Made by a program: the position numbers and the translations under genes
Assembly: GCA_002269645.1 (NCBI GenBank)
Contig: NIVC01001279.1
Span: forward strand, 62,001-126,000
Source: Macrostomum lignano
Taxonomy: Eukaryota
Reading direction: 5' to 3'
Length of the DNA stretch: 64,000 bases
The notes under the pieces: generated by a model
Told to the model about the DNA's origin: nothing
Databases searched by the model: none
What the model saw: the letters and a program-made list of their open reading frames with translations, nothing else
Shown: one piece after another, positions 11,501 to 24,184 of the stretch
How the letters are laid out: every line of letters starts with the position of its first letter
Numbering within the stretch: the first letter of the stretch is position 1

Positions 11501-14500
11501 GAGTGTCAGGATAGACTTTAGGGTGTCAGGGTAGACTTTAGGGTGTCAGGATAGACTGTAGAGTGTCAGGATAGACTGTAGGGTGTCAGGATAGACTGTA
11601 GGGTGTCAGGGTAGACTGTAGGGTGTCAGGGTAGACTATAGGGTGTCAGGGTAGACTGTAGGGTGTCAGGATAGACTTTAAGGTGTCAGGATAGACTGTA
11701 GGGTGTCAGGATAGACTGTAGGGTGTCAAGATAGACTGTAGGGTGTCAGAGTAACCTGTGGGGTAGACACTAGGATGTCAGAAACAACCCTGCGAAGTCA
11801 CAGAAGACACTACAAATTCTCCCCTCCACAAAACCAACCGCAGAAAACTGTCAGTTGATCATCAGCTCGAACAGCAGTGCGGCCAACACCAGTCTCATCT
11901 TGTGCACCGCCGACCGCAGAGTCAAGTCGCTGACAGCAGCTTCGAGCGACGCCTGCAACTGGAATTCGATCAAGAGGTGCCACCTGAGGAGGAGACTTCC
12001 AGGTGGCGACTGGAATCGGACGAATCACGGAGCCGGAGGAACCCCCAGCGTCCGTTGACGAGGGCAGACGGAGGGTCCAGCCCGGATAACACGGTCACTT
12101 CTAGCGACATGCCCGACTGTACGAGTCGCGAAGGTAGGGCTTGATTCTTGAGCCATCCCTACCCCTCTGAGCCCCGCCACCCCATCCCTACCCTTCTGAG
12201 CCCTGCCACCCCATTCCTACCCTTCTGAGCCCCGCCACTCTATTCCTACCCTTCTGAGCCCCGCCACTCTATTCCTACCCTTCTGAGCCCCGCCACTCTA
12301 TTCCTACCCTTCTGAGCCCCGCCACCCCATTCCTACCCTTCTGAGCCCCGCCACCCCATTCCTACCCTTCTGAGCCCCGCCACTCTATTCCTACCCTTCT
12401 GAGCCCCGCCACCCCATTCCTACCCTTCTGAGCCTCGCCACCCCATTCCTACCCTTCTGAGCCCCGCCACTCTATTCCTACCCTTCTGAGCCCCGCCACC
12501 CCATTCCTACCCTTCTGAGCCCCGCCACTCTATTCCTACCCTTCTGAGCCTCACAACCCCATCGCATCATTCTGAGCCCCGCCACCCCATCCCTACTCCT
12601 CTCGACCCCGTCACCTCACTCTAAACCCTATCTACAGTCATAATAAACCGACTGTGATGAGTGGTTTTACATTCGTTTATTCTCTTGAAATAACTCCTGT
12701 TTCATTATGGTTTTCTCCACTTGTAGTCATATTTTCTGCACAAAAGCTAACCATTGAGTTCGTCTTTTTTCGAGCGTTTTTTAATCCCGCCACTGTTTAT
12801 CTAGGCTGTCAACCAACCTGTCATAAATTATGTGCAGGGAAATTTATAAAAATTCCCGTATAGTTTACAATTCTGTTGAGCGAAATGGCCACCTGTCGAA
12901 GTGATGTAAGCATGTCAATCACAGATGGGCTTCTGGGCATGATTTTCGGGGATTTCTGATTACCTAAAAAATGTGCCTACGATTTTGAAGGCTTTGATGA
13001 AAAAAAGCAGTTTCAGAACTGGCACGTTTATATAGCATGGGAGAAATTTGGTAGATAGGATAGAGGAATGTTAATTAGGAAGTGGGCAATATAGGACAGG
13101 GACAGAAAAATGAAAAGGATATTGATGGGGGAGATAAGAGACGGATATAGGGGGAGATAAAAGACGGAGATAGGGAAGATAAGAGACGGATATAGAGGAG
13201 ATTAGAGACGGATATTGGGAGAGATAAGAGACGGATATTGGGGAAATAAGAGACGGAGATTGGAGGAGATTAGAGACGGAGATTGGAGGAGATTAGAAAC
13301 GGAGATTGGAGGAGATTAGAGACGGAGATTGGAGAAGATTAGAGACGGAGATTGGAGGAGATAAGAGACGGAGATTGGAGAAGATTAGAGACGGAGATTG
13401 GAGGAGATTAGAGACGGAGATTGGAGGAGATAAGAGACGGAGATTGGAGGAGATTAGAGACGGAGATTGGAGGAGATTAGAGACGGAGATTGGAGAAGAT
13501 TAGAGACGGAGATTGGAGGAGATAAGAGACGGTGATTGGAGGGGATAAGAGACGGACATAGGGGGAGATTAGAGACGGAGATTGGAGAAGATAAGAGACG
13601 GAGATTGGAGGAGATTAGAGACGGAGATTGGAGAATATTAGAGACGGAGATTGGAGAAGATTAGAGACGGAGATTGGAGGAGATAAGAGACGGTGATTGG
13701 AGGGGATAAGAGACGGACATAGGGGGAGATTAGAGACGGAGATTGGAGAAGATTAGAGACGGAGATTGGAGGAGATTAGAGACGGTGATTGGAGGGGGTA
13801 AGAGACGGAGATTGGAGGAGATTAGAGACGGAGACTGGAGGAGATTAGAGACGGAGATTGGAGGAGATAAGAGACGGAGATTGGAGAAGATAAGAGACGG
13901 AGATTGGAGAAGATTAGAGACCGAGATTGGAGAAGATTAGAGAGAGAAGATTAGAGACGGAGATTGGAGGAGATAAGAGACGGAGATTGGAGATGATAAG
14001 AGACGGAGATTGGAGAAGATTAGAGACGGAGATTGGAGGAGATAAGAGACGGTGATTGGAGGAGATAAGAGACGGTGATTGGAGGGGATATGAGACGGTG
14101 ATTAAAGGATAAGATATTCAAACAACAGGCAGAATAAGTTTTCGCTCTGACACACTTGCAGACTTACCAACTCGCAGCAATGGGAATCTTTCCTGGCACC
14201 TGCACCAACCGTGGCTGCAACTTTCGACTCAAGAGAACCAGCTGCCACTAATGCTTCATCAACCTGGTCTATCATCGATATCGACATCGACGGAAACTCG
14301 AGCCGCCCAGGTGACTGCGGCGGCTGCGGCGGCAGCGGCGGCGGCTGCGGCAGCGACGGCTATCGAGCTGTCGCAGCAGCTCATCCTGAGAAGGCATCAA
14401 ACATTGCCTACGCGGAGTTCTAAGCGATTATCGTCGAATGATTTTTCCAAAATTCACACTCTCATTGAAACGAAAGCCAATGACAAATCTGAGGCTGAGG

Positions 14501-14526
14501 CGAGTACGACTGCCGAGATGAATTAA
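5596..14526 (+). CDS. TBX2/3: T-box transcription factor, Tbx2/3 (optomotor-blind) subfamily; exons 5596-5846, 8680-8775, 9086-9257, 9737-9966, 11844-12133, 14162-14526 (467 aa)
   Basis: The spliced sequence gives [34 protein letters not shown]...[38 protein letters not shown]...[28 protein letters not shown]...[44 protein letters not shown] and [16 protein letters not shown] are Tbx2/3-type. All junctions are GT-AG and phase-consistent; 1404 nt total. The last two exons are less certain than the T-box exons. Confidence 0.95.
5965..6790. repeat. CTCTATAGCGCCA-type minisatellite (Tbx intron 1)
   Basis: Tandem 12-14-bp subunits; explains ORF 6296-6631. Confidence 0.95.
7230..8035. repeat. Purine-only GA-rich array (Tbx intron 1)
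   Basis: GAGAGGATAGAGAGGG-type units. Confidence 0.95.
10005..10775. repeat. Near-perfect 23-bp minisatellite GTGATGTGTCAGCTGGTTGTCCA (Tbx intron 4)
   Basis: About 33 almost identical units. Confidence 0.97.
10780..11760. repeat. 20-bp minisatellite GGGTGTCAGGRTAGACTGTA (Tbx intron 4)
   Basis: About 48 units abutting the 23-bp array. Confidence 0.97.
12150..12620. repeat. 29-bp minisatellite CCTACCCTTCTGAGCCCCGCCAC(CCC/TCT)ATT (Tbx intron 5)
   Basis: Starts just after the donor at 12133. Confidence 0.95.
13120..14100. repeat. 23-bp minisatellite GATTAGAGACGGAGATTGGAGGA (Tbx intron 5)
   Basis: Explains ORFs 13306-13503 and 13743-13940. Confidence 0.95.
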
Positions 14527-14619
14527 CCTGAATATTTGACCTTCACTTTTCTATCAAATGTTTAGCATTGGACTGTATATGTACAGTAGAAACTGCTTCT
14601 ATGACCTTAATTACTCCAG

Positions 14620-15140
14620 GCGCCCGAATGACTATTTGGCACCTCCAATGACCATTTAGAATCTTCAATGACCATTTTGGCGCCTCCAATAACCATTTAC
14701 AACCTCCAATGACCATTTAGAATAGTCAATGACCATTTTGGCGCCTCCAATGACCCTTTGGAATCTCCAATGACCCTTTGGCATCTCCAATGACCATTCA
14801 AAACCTCCAATGACCATTTACAACCTCCAATGACCATTCAAAACCTCCGATGACCATTTAGAATATCCAATTACAATTTGGCATCTCCAATGACCATTTG
14901 GCATCTTCAATGACCAGTTAAAACCTTCAATGACCATTTAGAATCTCAAATGACCATTTTGCATCTCCAATGACCATTTGACTCCTTCACTGACCAATTA
15001 AAACCTTCAATGGCCATTTAGAATCTCAAATGACCATTTTGCATCTCCAATGACCATTTGACTCCTTCACTAACCAATTAAAACCTTCAATGGCCATTTA
15101 GAATCTCCAATGACCACTTGAAATCTCCAATGACCTGTTT
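14620..15140. repeat. Degenerate CTCCAATGACCATTT minisatellite 3' of the Tbx stop
   Basis: About 20-22-bp units. Confidence 0.85.
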
Positions 15141-15789
15141 GATCACTTTTGATGACAATATTTCACAATAAGAATCGATCATCTACATCTCAAAAATCAA
15201 TGAAAACGCAATAAAAAACTGTTTGATAAAAATAGCTATTTACCGTATTATCCATCGAAAGTAGATTCGTCTCGCGCAGTCTCTGCAGTTTTATAAGTTC
15301 TTCTCTTTAAGGCTTGGAAAAAAGTCTCAACAACTTTCGAAACCAAAAACGAGATTACGAGTATTAGGGAAGGATTCGATGCTAATCCACTTTAAGACCT
15401 TGGAACAATGCCTCATCAGGGTCTGTCGCTGGCTCCCCTGAGAGTCGCTTTGCAAAGAAATGTAAAACCGAGCGTGAAATACCCTTGAAGATTCGCGAAA
15501 CTCCTTGCCATTAGATCAGCTAGTTCCTGTCCCATCAAAGTCCTTATCTTGTTACTCTCTGCTCCGATCCTTCAACTCTACGACTGCCAGCGTGATTGGC
15601 TTCTGAGTTTTGCTTTTCCCAATTCAATTGCTTTGATTGCCGCTGATCAGCCTCTTTTGCTTCTGGCTGGGCTTGGAAATGATAATTTTGTTCTGCAACT
15701 GGCTGACTTTTTATGTCTGAATGTAACCATAGATGCATTCTATCTTCTCTTTACCTGTGACCCTTGCTCTTCCTTGTGTCCCCTTCTCC

Positions 15790-16990
15790 TCCTCTCTTCA
15801 TCTTCTCTCACCCTCTCTTCATCCCCTCTCCCCTCTCTTCATCCCCTCCCCCCTCTCTTCATCCCCTCTCCTCTCTCTTCATCCCCTCCCCCCTCTCTTC
15901 ATCAGTTCCCCCCCTCTCTTCATCCCCTCCCCCCTCTCTTCATCCCCTCTCCCCTCTCTTCATCCCCTCTCCCCTCTCTTCATCCCCTCTCCCCTCTCTT
16001 CATCCCCTCCCCCCTCTCTTCATCCCCTCTCCCCTCTCTTCATCCCCTCTCCCCTCTCTTCATCCCCTCTCCCCTCTCTTCATCCCCTCTCCCCTCTCTT
16101 CATCCCCTCTCCCCTCTCTTCATCCCCTCTCCCCTCTCTTCATCCCCTCCCCCCTCTCTTCATCAGTTCCCCCCTCTCTTCATCCCCTCCCCCCTCTCTT
16201 CATCCCCTCTCCTCCTCTCTTCATCCCCTCTCCCCTCTCTTCATCAGTTCCCCCCCCTCTCTTCATCCCCTCCCCCTCTCTTCATCCCCTCCCCCTCTCT
16301 TCATCCCCTCTCCCCTCTCTTCATCCCCTCTCCCCTCTCTTCATCCCCTCTCCCCTCTCTTCATCCCCTCCCCCCTCTCTTCATCCCCTCCCCCTCTCTT
16401 CATCCCCTCCCCCTCTCTTCATCCCCTCTCCCTCTCTTCATCCCTCTCCCCTCTCTTCATCCCCTCTCCCCTCTCTTCATCCCTCTCCCCTCTCTTCATC
16501 CCCTCTCCCCTCTCTTCATCCCCTCTCCCCTCTCTTCATCCCCTCTCCCCTCTCTTCATCAGTTCCCCCCTCTCTTCATCCTCTCTCCCCTCTCTTCATC
16601 CCCTCTCCCCTCTCTTCATCCCCTCTCCCCTCTCTTCATCCCCTCTCCCCTCTCTTCATCCCCTCTCCCCTCTCTTCATCAGTTCCCCCCCTCTCTTCAT
16701 CCTCTCTCCTCCTCTCTTCATCCCCTCTCCCCTCTCTTCATCCCCTCTCCCCTCTCTTCATCCCTCTCCCCTCTCTTCATCCCCTCTCCCTCTCTTCATC
16801 CCCTCTCCCCTCTCTTCATCCCCTCTCCCCTCTCTTCATCCCCTCTCCCTCTCTTCATCCCCTCTCCCCTCTCTTCATCCCCTCTCCCCTCTCTTCATCC
16901 CCTCCCCCCTCTCTTCATCCTCTCTCCTCCTCTCTTCATCCTCTCTCCTCCTCTCTTCATCCTCTCTCCTCCTTCTCACCTTCTCTCCTC
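15790..16990. repeat. Pyrimidine-rich about 20-bp array CTCTTCATCCCCTCTCCCCT
   Basis: Explains three overlapping 400-500-aa Pro/Ser/Leu ORFs. Confidence 0.97.
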
Positions 16991-17474
16991 ACTCACCTTT
17001 TTAACTATGATTCACACATCTAGGCATCGCAGCTTCAGAAGTTTCACTTGGTTTTCAGCAGCTACTGTACAAAAACAGCTAAGCTAAGATTGCTTGTGTG
17101 CATTGAAAATATGCTGGTTATAGCCAGACTAGCTGGCGTCAGATCAAAAGATTTCCATTTCTTGTTGACTATTTGGAAACAAACCAACCTAACGCTTGCA
17201 GTGTTGGGTGGAGACCTCATGCTGAGACAAAAATATCTGTATTTAGCTGTGACTCTGTTTCATGCTCCCCTTGTTGGGCATTCTTAGGGTAATTATTCTA
17301 GTATATAAGGGCTTCATGTACATGTACTTTCAACGCTGTTGTTCAAGCAAATTATCGACACAGGCGCCACAGTCAGTTGCACTGAAGTTTGAAGTGTCTG
17401 CTTTTTCTGACCATTTTTTCTCTGCAAGCTAATTGCACTTGTATTTATTGACTGCGGCTCATTCCTTTTTCTAC

Positions 17475-18870
17475 AGTGGGTCACTCCGTCTGTCAGTGGG
17501 TCACTCCGTCTGTCAGTGGGTCACTCCGTCTGTCAGTGGGTCACTCCGTCTGTCAGTGGGTCACTCCGTCTGTCAGTGGGCCACTCCGTCTGTCAGTGGG
17601 TCACTCCGTCTGTCAGTGGGTCACTCCGTCTGTCAGTGGGTCACTCCCTCTGTCAGTGGGTCACTCCGTCTGTCAGTGGGTCACTCCGTCTGTCAGTGGG
17701 TCACTCCGTCTGTCAGTGGGTCACTCCGTCTGTCAGTGGGTCACTCCGTCTGTCAGTGGGTCACTCCGTCTGTCAGTGGGTCACTCCGTCTGTCAGTGGG
17801 TCACTCCGTCTGTCAGTGGGTCACTCCCTCTGTCAGTGGGTCACTCCGTCTGTCAGTAGGGCACTCCGTCTGTCAGTGGGTCACTCCGTCTGTCAGTGGG
17901 CCACTCCGTCTGTCAGTGGGTCACTCCGTCTGTCAGTGGGTCACTCCGTCTGTCAGTGGGTCACTCCGTCTGTCAGTGGGTCACTCCGTCTGTCAGTGGG
18001 TCACTCCGTCTGTCAGTGGGTCACTCCATCTGTCAGTGGGGCACTCCGTCTGTCAGTGGGTCACTCCCTCTGTCAGTAGGGCACTCCGTCTGTCAGTGGG
18101 TCACTCCGTCTGTCAGTGGGTCACTCCATCTGTCAGTGGGGCACTCCGTCTGTCAGTGGGTCACTCCCTCTGTCAGTAGGGCACTCCGTCTGTCAGTGGG
18201 TCACTCCGTCTGTCAGTGGGTCACTCCATCTGTCAGTGGGTCACTCCGTCTGTCAGTGGGTCACTCCGTCTGTCAGTAGGGCACTCCGTCTGTCAGTGGG
18301 TCACTCCGTCTGTCAGTGGGTCACTCCGTCTGTCAGTGGGTCACTCCGTCTGTCAGTGGGTCACTCCGTCTGTCAGTGGGTCACTCCGTCTGTCAGTGGG
18401 TCACTCCGTCTGTCAGTGGGTCAATCCCTCTGTCAGTGGGTCACTCCGTCTGTCAGTGGGTCACTCACCCGCTCAGTGGGTCACTCCCTCTCTCAGTGGG
18501 TCACTCCCTCTGTCAGTAGGTCACTCCCGCTGTCAGTGGGTCACTTCCGCTGACAGTGGGTCACTCCCTCTGTCAGTGGGTCACTCCCTCTGTCAGTGGG
18601 TCACTCCCTCTGTCAGTGGGTCACTCCCTCTGTCAGTAGGTCACTCCCTCTGTCCGTAGGTCACTCCCCCTGTCAGTGGGTCACTCCCTCTGTCAGTAGG
18701 TCACTCTTTCTATCAGTGGGTCACTATATTTATCTTTGGGTCATTCTATCTATCAATAGCTCGTAGGTCACTCCATCCATCAGTGAGTGGGTCACTCTAT
18801 CTACCAGTGGGTCACTTCATCTATCACTACGTCACTCATCCATCTATCAGTGGGTCACTCTCTTTTCTTA
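17475..18870. repeat. 20-bp minisatellite GTGGGTCACTCCGTCTGTCA
   Basis: About 65 units, degenerating at the 3' end. Confidence 0.97.
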
Positions 18871-19539
18871 CAGAGTAGCCTATTCTATCAGGTTTCCTAT
18901 GCATGAACTATTTTCTTATATTCGCGTATGTTATAAAATTAAAAAATCCTAACTACACTACTTAATTCCTCAGAAAGTAGTGCAGTTTGCATTTTTACAC
19001 TGAGTCCGATACTCATAATATAGCCTAGTTTTGATGTCAATTAAAATTTTAATTAAATGCGACAAATATATAGATATATACGTCAATAAAGTCAGAAAAA
19101 ATGGTTATAAAAAGGTTGAACATAGTTTTTAATATATTTAATATCCCGGCTGCTTTGATATTGGTCGCAAAAAATTACGTTATAGAAGTGTAGGAAACAA
19201 ATTGAATAGGGCGCAAGTAGAAAAAAGCTGTTAAAATGGAATAAAGTGGTATCTAATGAGCATTTTATTGAGGTGAATTTAAACTTCAACAAATAATTGT
19301 TTTGTTTGAGATTCGCTTCAAAAAACTCGGCTCGGGTTTATTTTACACAATAGAATAGTTAGTATGGGATAACTCGAGTAACTTATAAAAAACCTAACAA
19401 TAGAAAGATCAATATCTGAAGTTTTAAAGCGATTTCTCTTGTAAGTTATCACAACCTTTAAATTAAATATTTTCTTTAATTTGTGTCCGGAACTTGTTTA
19501 GCTTTGTATCATAATTTGTATAATAGAGATTGTAGCTCT

Positions 19540-19830
19540 GTGTCAGGAGCTGGTGTAGCTCTATGTCAGGAGCTGGTATAGCATTGTGTCAGGAGCTGGT
19601 ATAGCTTTGTGTCAGGAGCTGGTATAGCATTGTGTCAGGAGCTGGTATAGCATTGTGTCAGGAGCTGGAATAGCTTTGTGTCAGGAGCTGGTATAGCATT
19701 GTGTCAGGAGCTGGTATAGCATTGTGTCAGGAGCTGGAATAGCTTTGTGTCAGGAGCTGGTATAGCATTGTGTCAGGAGCTGGTATAGCTTTGTGCCAGG
19801 TGCTGGTGTAGCATTGTGTCATAAACTGAT
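19540..19830. repeat. 23-bp minisatellite TGTGTCAGGAGCTGGTATAGCAT
   Basis: About 12 units. Confidence 0.9.
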
Positions 19831-20148
19831 AGGATAATGCCAGGAACTGGTTGATTCTTGTCAGGAATCGGTAAGTTTGTGTCAGGAACTCAATATATTG
19901 TGCTTCAGAGCTACGAAAAGAACTATATTTTTGGAGAAAAAAACTGAAAATAATCCTAACAATTCACCGATAAAGGCTTCTTTACTTTGTATCAGAAACT
20001 CAAAGTTGTGTCCGGGAAGTTAGGTAAATATTTAGTAAAATTATGTCTGTAGGAGTTGAACTTTAAGAATAGTTAATAAGTCACGCGAAGAGTACATCTG
20101 TACGTAGCTAACGATGCTTGAGCACTGCATTTCACTCCAACTGCCAAC

Positions 20149-23100
20149 TCACAGTCTAATCATATCTGTGACGGCTTTCTGCGAGCGCAGCTCAGCGCTC
20201 ATCTTGGTCAGACCGATCAGGTGCAGAATTCGAATTAATTCGCCTGAAGTTGCTAAATGAGATTTCTCCTCTTGCCAGGCTAGAAATCCCTGCATTGGTG
20301 GTAGTTGAGATGAAGATGTGGATGCTTGAATTGATGTCCAGTACTAACAGATGCACGTGTACCAGCTGCAGCGGGGCGCGCCAACTACAGAGGGGGCGCC
20401 AGCTACAGAGGGGGCGCCAGCTACAGAGGGGGCGCCAGCTACAGAGGGGGCGCCAGCTACAGATGAGGCGCCAGCTACAGATGGGGCGCCAGCTACAGAT
20501 GGGGCGCCAGCTACAGATGGGGCGCCAGCTACAGAGGGGGCGCCAGCTACAGAGGGGGCGCCAGCTACAGAGGGGGCGCCAGCTACAGATGGGGCGCCAG
20601 CTACAGATGGGGAGCCAGCTACAGAGGGGGCGCCAGCTACAGATGGGGCGCCAGCTACAGATGAGGCGCCAGCTACAGATGAGGCGCCAGCTACAGATGG
20701 GGAGCCAGCTACAGATGGGGCGCCAGCTACAGATGGGGAGCCAGCTACAGATGGGGAGCCAGCTACAGATGGGGAGCCAGCTACAGAGGGGGCGCCAGCT
20801 ACAGATGAGGCGCCAGCTACAGAGGGGGCGCCAGCTACAGATGGGGCGCCAGCTACAGATGGGGCGCCAGCTACAGATGAGGCGCCAGCTACAGATGGGG
20901 CGCCAGCTACAGATGGGGAGCCAGCTACAGAGGGGGCGCCAGCTACAGAGGGGGCGCCAGCTACAGATGGGGCGCCAGCTACAGATGGGGCGCCAGCTAC
21001 AGAGGGGGCGCCAGCAACAGATGGGGCGCCAGCTACAGATGAGGCGCCAGCTACAGATGGGGAGCCAGCTACAGATGGGGCGCCAGCTACAGATGGGGCG
21101 CCAGCTACAGATGGGGCGCCAGCTACAGATGAGGTGCCAGCTACAGATGGGGCGCCAGCTACAGAGGGGGCGCCAGCTACAGATGGGGCGCCAGCTACAG
21201 AGAGGGCGCCAGCTACAGATGGGGCGCCAGCTACAGAGAGGGCGCCAGCTACAGATGGGGCGCCAGCTACAGAGAGGGCGCCTGCTACATAGATAAATTA
21301 CGTCCTTATAGATTTTAGCATCTACACTCACTTGAGGAATTCTCTCCTTGGACTTCTCCTTGCCCTTGAATTCTTTCTCAATGGCGGTCATGCGATCCTC
21401 GGAGACCCCCAGCTTTCTAAACAGATGCCGGAAGTCGGCCTTGTCGATTCTATACTGAATAGCTTCGATCATGCGCTTGACGAGGCTCTCTGTTAAACAA
21501 AGTAGTCAAGGACTTTCAAATGTTAAAACATTGTTACTTTTTGTTGGTTCTACCACCGACAGAGGACTACCACCCCAAGCTCTAAACCTCAAGGACTACC
21601 ACCCCAAGCTCTAAACCTCAAGGACTACCACCCCAAGCTCTAAACCTCAAGGACTACCACCCCAAGCTCTAAACCTCAAGGGCTACACCTCAAGGGCTAT
21701 ACACCTCAAGGGCTATACACCTCAAGGGCTACACCTCAAGGGCTACACCTCAAGGGCTACACCTCAAGGGCTACACCTCAAGGGCTACACCTCAAGGGCT
21801 ACACCTCAAGGGCTACACCTCAAGGGCTACACCTCAAGGGCTACACCTCAAGGGCTACACCTCAAGGGCTACACCTCAAGGGCTACACCCAAGGTGCAGC
21901 GCGAACTTACGCTCTCGTTCGTCGTATTTGTGCACAAAAGCTCCAATTGGTTTGACTTCTCCGCCAAAGACAATCTCAGCTGGTGGCACTTTACTAGGAT
22001 TACCTTCGGCATTGAAATTTACTGACTGACCGCCGAGCTCTTCAATGCTGCGAGGCAAATAGGCGATGAGGTTGTTCTCCAGTTTCAGCGTATTCAAGCT
22101 CTTGAGCTGGCGAACAGCGTCTGGAACGACTTTGAGACGGTTATTTTGTAGCAGCAGGTCGCGAAGCTGAGTCAGGCGACCGAGTGTTTCAGGCAAGCTG
22201 GTCAACTCGTTGTCTGACAGATCCAGATGAGTCAGCAAGTCCAGGCAGCCGATGTCTTCGTGAATTTGCAGCAGCTTCTTGCCAGAGCCTTGGTGAAGAC
22301 GCAGCTGTCTGAGAGCCGGCACGACGCAGACCTCGGTGGGAAAGTCACTAAAGTTGTTATTGGACAGGTTGAGACTTTCCAAGCAGGTGAGTTGCTTCAA
22401 ATCTTCTGGCAATTGGGCGATGCGATTGCCGGCCAAGTCCAGCTGCTCCAGCTGCTTCATCCGGCAGAGGACATCGGGAAACTCCTCGATTGCGTTGCCT
22501 GGCAGCTGCAGGATGCGAAGCTGTCGGAGTTTCTTGAAGTCGTCGGGCAAATTGGCGAGCCTGTTTCCCGTCAAGTTGAGCACCTGAAGCGACTCGAGTT
22601 CGCATAGTGACTGGGGAAATTCTTCAAAGTCGTTGTTCTCCAGAGTCAGCTGTTTCAGGCGTTTCAATCGGCCAAGCTCGTCGGAGACATCAGTCAGGCG
22701 GTTGTCTCCTAGTAGCAGAACCTCCAGAGCCGGAAGGGTGGCGATGATCTCCGGGAAAATCTCCAAGCCGTTGGAGCTCAAGTCGAGAATTGAAAGAATC
22801 TTTAAATTAGAGAACTCAAGCGGCAAAAATAGGATTCCATTCGATGCCAGATTGAGAACTCGGAGATTCGAGCAGAAGCAGAAGTTTTCGTCAAATTCTG
22901 TCAGGTCGGCCTTGCCCAAGTTCAGCTCCAGCAGGCAGCCCAATCGAGCCAGGCTGGTGGGAATCAGCTGCAGCGGATTGCCCTCAGCGTTCAGGTTCTT
23001 CAGCTCACTTAGGTAGCCAATCTCGTTAGGCAGCTCCTCGATATTATTAAACGACAGGTTGAGAATATCCAGTCTGGCTAACTTTGCTATTTCCTCCGGA

Positions 23101-23813
23101 ACTTCGCTTATTTGGTTGTGCGACAAGCCGAGCTCGACGAGACTCTCCAGATCAAAAATTTGGCAAGGCATGAATTCGAACTTGTTGTTGTCAAGCCGCA
23201 AAATTTGCAACTGTTCCAAACTGTCAAGCTGCCGGGGGAGCGAAGTCAATGAATTGCCATTCAATCGCAATGATTGGAGAGCAACCAAATTGCAGACGCT
23301 ACCGCTGAGCTCCGTGAAACAGTTTGACTCAAGCACCAACGATTTCAGAGTCCAGTTCTTTGATCCGATCTCTGGTAGGCATTTAATTCGATTCGACCCA
23401 AGCGAAAGAACTTCGAGTCTTCGGAAAGAAAAGCAGAAATCAGGTATTTCAGTGATGCTATTCGAGCAGAGGTTAAGGAACTTTAAACTCTTGCATGATT
23501 CAAGAGAACCAGGCACTTCCCTTAGTCTGTTAAATGAAAGGTCTAAGCAAGTCAATTGGTAAAGGTTAATAGAAGACTTGGGAAAGCTCTCAATTCGGTT
23601 GTTGTTCGCCACGAAGTATTTCAATCCTTTTGCTGCCTCGAGAAAATCGGAAATCGAATGTAGCTCATTATCGCTAACGCATAAAAATCCAAGTTTCTTA
23701 ATATCAAAAGCCTTCGCAGGGATCTTCTTTAGCCCCCTGTTGCTCAGATTTAAACACACAGTACCGTTTGAAGTGTAGCATTCATCCGAAAGCTTTTGCT
23801 TGGCTTCAGTCAT
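20149..23813 (-). CDS. LRRD1: Leucine-rich repeat and death domain protein (LRRD1-like); exons 23813-21911, 21489-21332, 20289-20149 (about 733 aa)
   Basis: The large exon has more than 20 LxxLxLxxNxL repeats. Splices GAG C|GTAAGT to TTTAACAG|AG (phase 1) and CAA|GTGAGT to AATGCAG|GGA (phase 0) add a death-domain-like segment DFRHLFRKLGVSEDRMTAIEKEF...GFLAWQEEKSHLATSGELIRILHLIGL. The start ATG (MTEAKQ) is inferred; the track ORF starts at a TTG at 23888. Confidence 0.8.
20372..21290. repeat. 18-bp minisatellite CCAGCTACAGA(G/T)GGGGCG (LRRD1 intron 2)
   Basis: About 51 units; stop-free in several frames. Confidence 0.97.
21560..21892. repeat. 29-bp then 14-bp (GGGCTACACCTCAA) minisatellites (LRRD1 intron 1)
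   Basis: Tandem units ending close to the splice donor. Confidence 0.95.
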
Positions 23814-24184
23814 GGCTTCAATATATGCCCAATATTTTAAACAGGCATGACACGTAGAAAGCGAAATGATTATAAAAAATCGACTCAAAATGTTAAACTA
23901 AAAGTAAACTATAGAGACAGATATTACTAGTTTATTTTTGTATGAAGGACAAAAAAATACAATAAAACATTTTTTCAACTAATTCCATTACTTTTTGAGT
24001 TAAAACTCAGGCAAAAATATTATTACGCAGTAGCAGTTGTTTTAATAGGAAATTTTTCTTGCTAATTTTACGTGTCATGAATTTGAATTTGATTCTACAG
24101 TATTTACTATTAACCATCGATTATATCCTGCATTCATTAACTGAGAGCTCCCTCTGATTTTTGAAAGACGTGATACCATATTAC

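Noticed and set aside
15549-17087. Three overlapping 419-512-aa Pro/Ser/Leu ORFs
   Set aside because: All three frames are open because the C/T-rich unit has no stops. This is a repeat artefact.
17000-17240. Possible small minus-strand exons (MRSPPNTASVR..., with GT/AG-like sites)
   Set aside because: No coherent multi-exon frame or recognisable product.
17433-18659. Many overlapping VGHSVCQWVTPS ORFs
   Set aside because: Translations of the 20-bp minisatellite.
20351-21292. Plus-strand (ATEGAP/ATDGAP)n ORF resembling a mucin or adhesive repeat protein
   Set aside because: It lies antisense within a well-defined LRRD1 intron, has no signal peptide or unique domain, and other frames are equally open.
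22227-23778. Plus-strand ORFs overlapping the LRR gene (and similar ones over NDUFV2 and MCM10)
   Set aside because: Antisense shadows of real coding exons.
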